A stretch of 64,000 nt of DNA from a virus (lineage: Duplodnaviria; Caudoviricetes): IMG/VR virus record IMGVR_UViG_3300011678_000001, positions 32,001 through 96,000 of that record; one strand, given 5' to 3'. The notes beneath the pieces are model-generated. The model was given only the letters and a program-made list of their open reading frames with translations, did no database searches and was not told the DNA's origin. Position 1 is the stretch's first letter; each line of letters begins with the position of its first letter. Below are positions 63,145-64,000 of the stretch, piece by piece. A program made the position numbers and the translations under genes.

Positions 63145-63717
63145 TTATCTGACTTTCTTGCGGACCGACCACTCGTCGCGGTAGCCGCTTACAGTCACAT
63201 GGTGTTTATTCAAGCTGTGCGTCATGACCGGGATGTCAACGAACTGCTCGACCAACAGCTGCTCGAACTCATCGTTCCCGGTGCAGCCATAATGCTCACC
63301 TTGGTAGATCAGGTATTGACCGACCTGCATGTTCTTGATGATGTCGGTGGCAAACGGCTTGCTGACAGGGGGCCAGGTCATGACCACCGCATCGTACGGC
63401 CGAAGGTCAAGTTGACGGGCATCGTGATAGATGACACCGTAGTTGATATCGCTGCTGGCATAGTGACTGGAGCGGTCGTCGTATGCATCGTATTGCGTCA
63501 CGCCCAACTGTCGCAAATGCGCCGCCAGAAACCCTGTACCAGCTCCCACCTCAATGGTCTTTCGACTCTTGAGGAAACCGGCCAACCGTTCAGTCGTTTC
63601 TTTGGACAGCAGAAAGTAACACTGGGTACGAGTCAGCGCATACAGCTCATCAACCGAAGGGTCGCGGAACACCAATTCACGTAGTTGTACTTCTGTCATC
63701 AGGTCTGGCAATTGCAT
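63145..63717 (-). CDS. class I SAM-dependent methyltransferase-like protein
   Basis: TIEVGAGTGFLA motif I, AYDD, MTWPP, YQGE..GCTG; start uncertain (63717 or 63750). Confidence 0.75.
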   Translation of the reverse strand: MQLPDLMTEVQLRELVFRDPSVDELYALTRTQCYFLLSKETTERLAGFLKSRKTIEVGAGTGFLAAHLRQLGVTQYDAYDDRSSHYASSDINYGVIYHDARQLDLRPYDAVVMTWPPVSKPFATDIIKNMQVGQYLIYQGEHYGCTGNDEFEQLLVEQFVDIPVMTHSLNKHHVTVSGYRDEWSVRKKVR

Positions 63718-63724
63718 GATTGTC

Positions 63725-64000
63725 TCAGTGCATGTTCGGTTGGGTTGCATTTTCAATTACCCCGATGCTCAGGCGGATACGATCGGCCAGCTGTTCGACT
63801 TCGGCTTTAAATCGCGGCGACTTCTCAATGTCACTGACCCACATCGGCAACCCGTCAATGACACTGACGTAGGTCTGAATGCGGGCGTATGAAAAGTCAA
63901 CCAAGCGGCTGTACAGCACGATATCGTCCTTGTCGAGGATATTGATCTCCACGCCATAGGGGCGATCAATGATCTCGACGGCACAGGCTGGCTGTCCAGC
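63725..64000 (-). CDS. hypothetical protein, 5' end outside the window
   Basis: Frame open to the window edge. Confidence 0.55.
   Translation of the reverse strand, partial: AGQPACAVEIIDRPYGVEINILDKDDIVLYSRLVDFSYARIQTYVSVIDGLPMWVSDIEKSPRFKAEVEQLADRIRLSIGVIENATQPNMH

Noticed and set aside
1-64000. tRNA/rRNA genes or stop-codon reassignment
   Set aside because: No cloverleaf with canonical T-loop/CCA noticed by eye; core genes are full length under the standard code and all three stops are used

Overview
64 kb of a phiKZ-like (Chimalliviridae-type) jumbo phage genome. It carries the conserved core block (portal, baseplate/virion proteins, RuvC, non-virion RNA polymerase beta subunit, major capsid protein, DnaB helicase), nucleotide metabolism genes (dcd, nrdA, nrdB), a modular endolysin, a six-gene array of paralogous fibre proteins and an SF2 helicase, interleaved with early/accessory clusters. 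Most notable features not explained by gene annotation: (1) three dispersed copies of a ~80-nt two-hairpin element at 10.05, 10.6 and 12.2 kb, with compensatory base changes, a palindromic GGUACC loop, a conserved bulged A, and its own upstream and downstream motifs; (2) an operon of four radical-SAM/SPASM-like proteins plus two 2OG-Fe(II) oxygenases, whose first gene apparently starts at ATC; (3) a ~440-nt ORF-poor, highly structured minus-strand candidate ncRNA at 56.8-57.25 kb; (4) two classes of hairpin 3' signal (TATGYYG versus TTTCTTTTTT) and a bipartite putative early promoter driving tiny membrane peptides. All family assignments come from recognised motifs and recalled synteny, not from database searches. 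No tRNA, rRNA, CRISPR array or transposase was seen.
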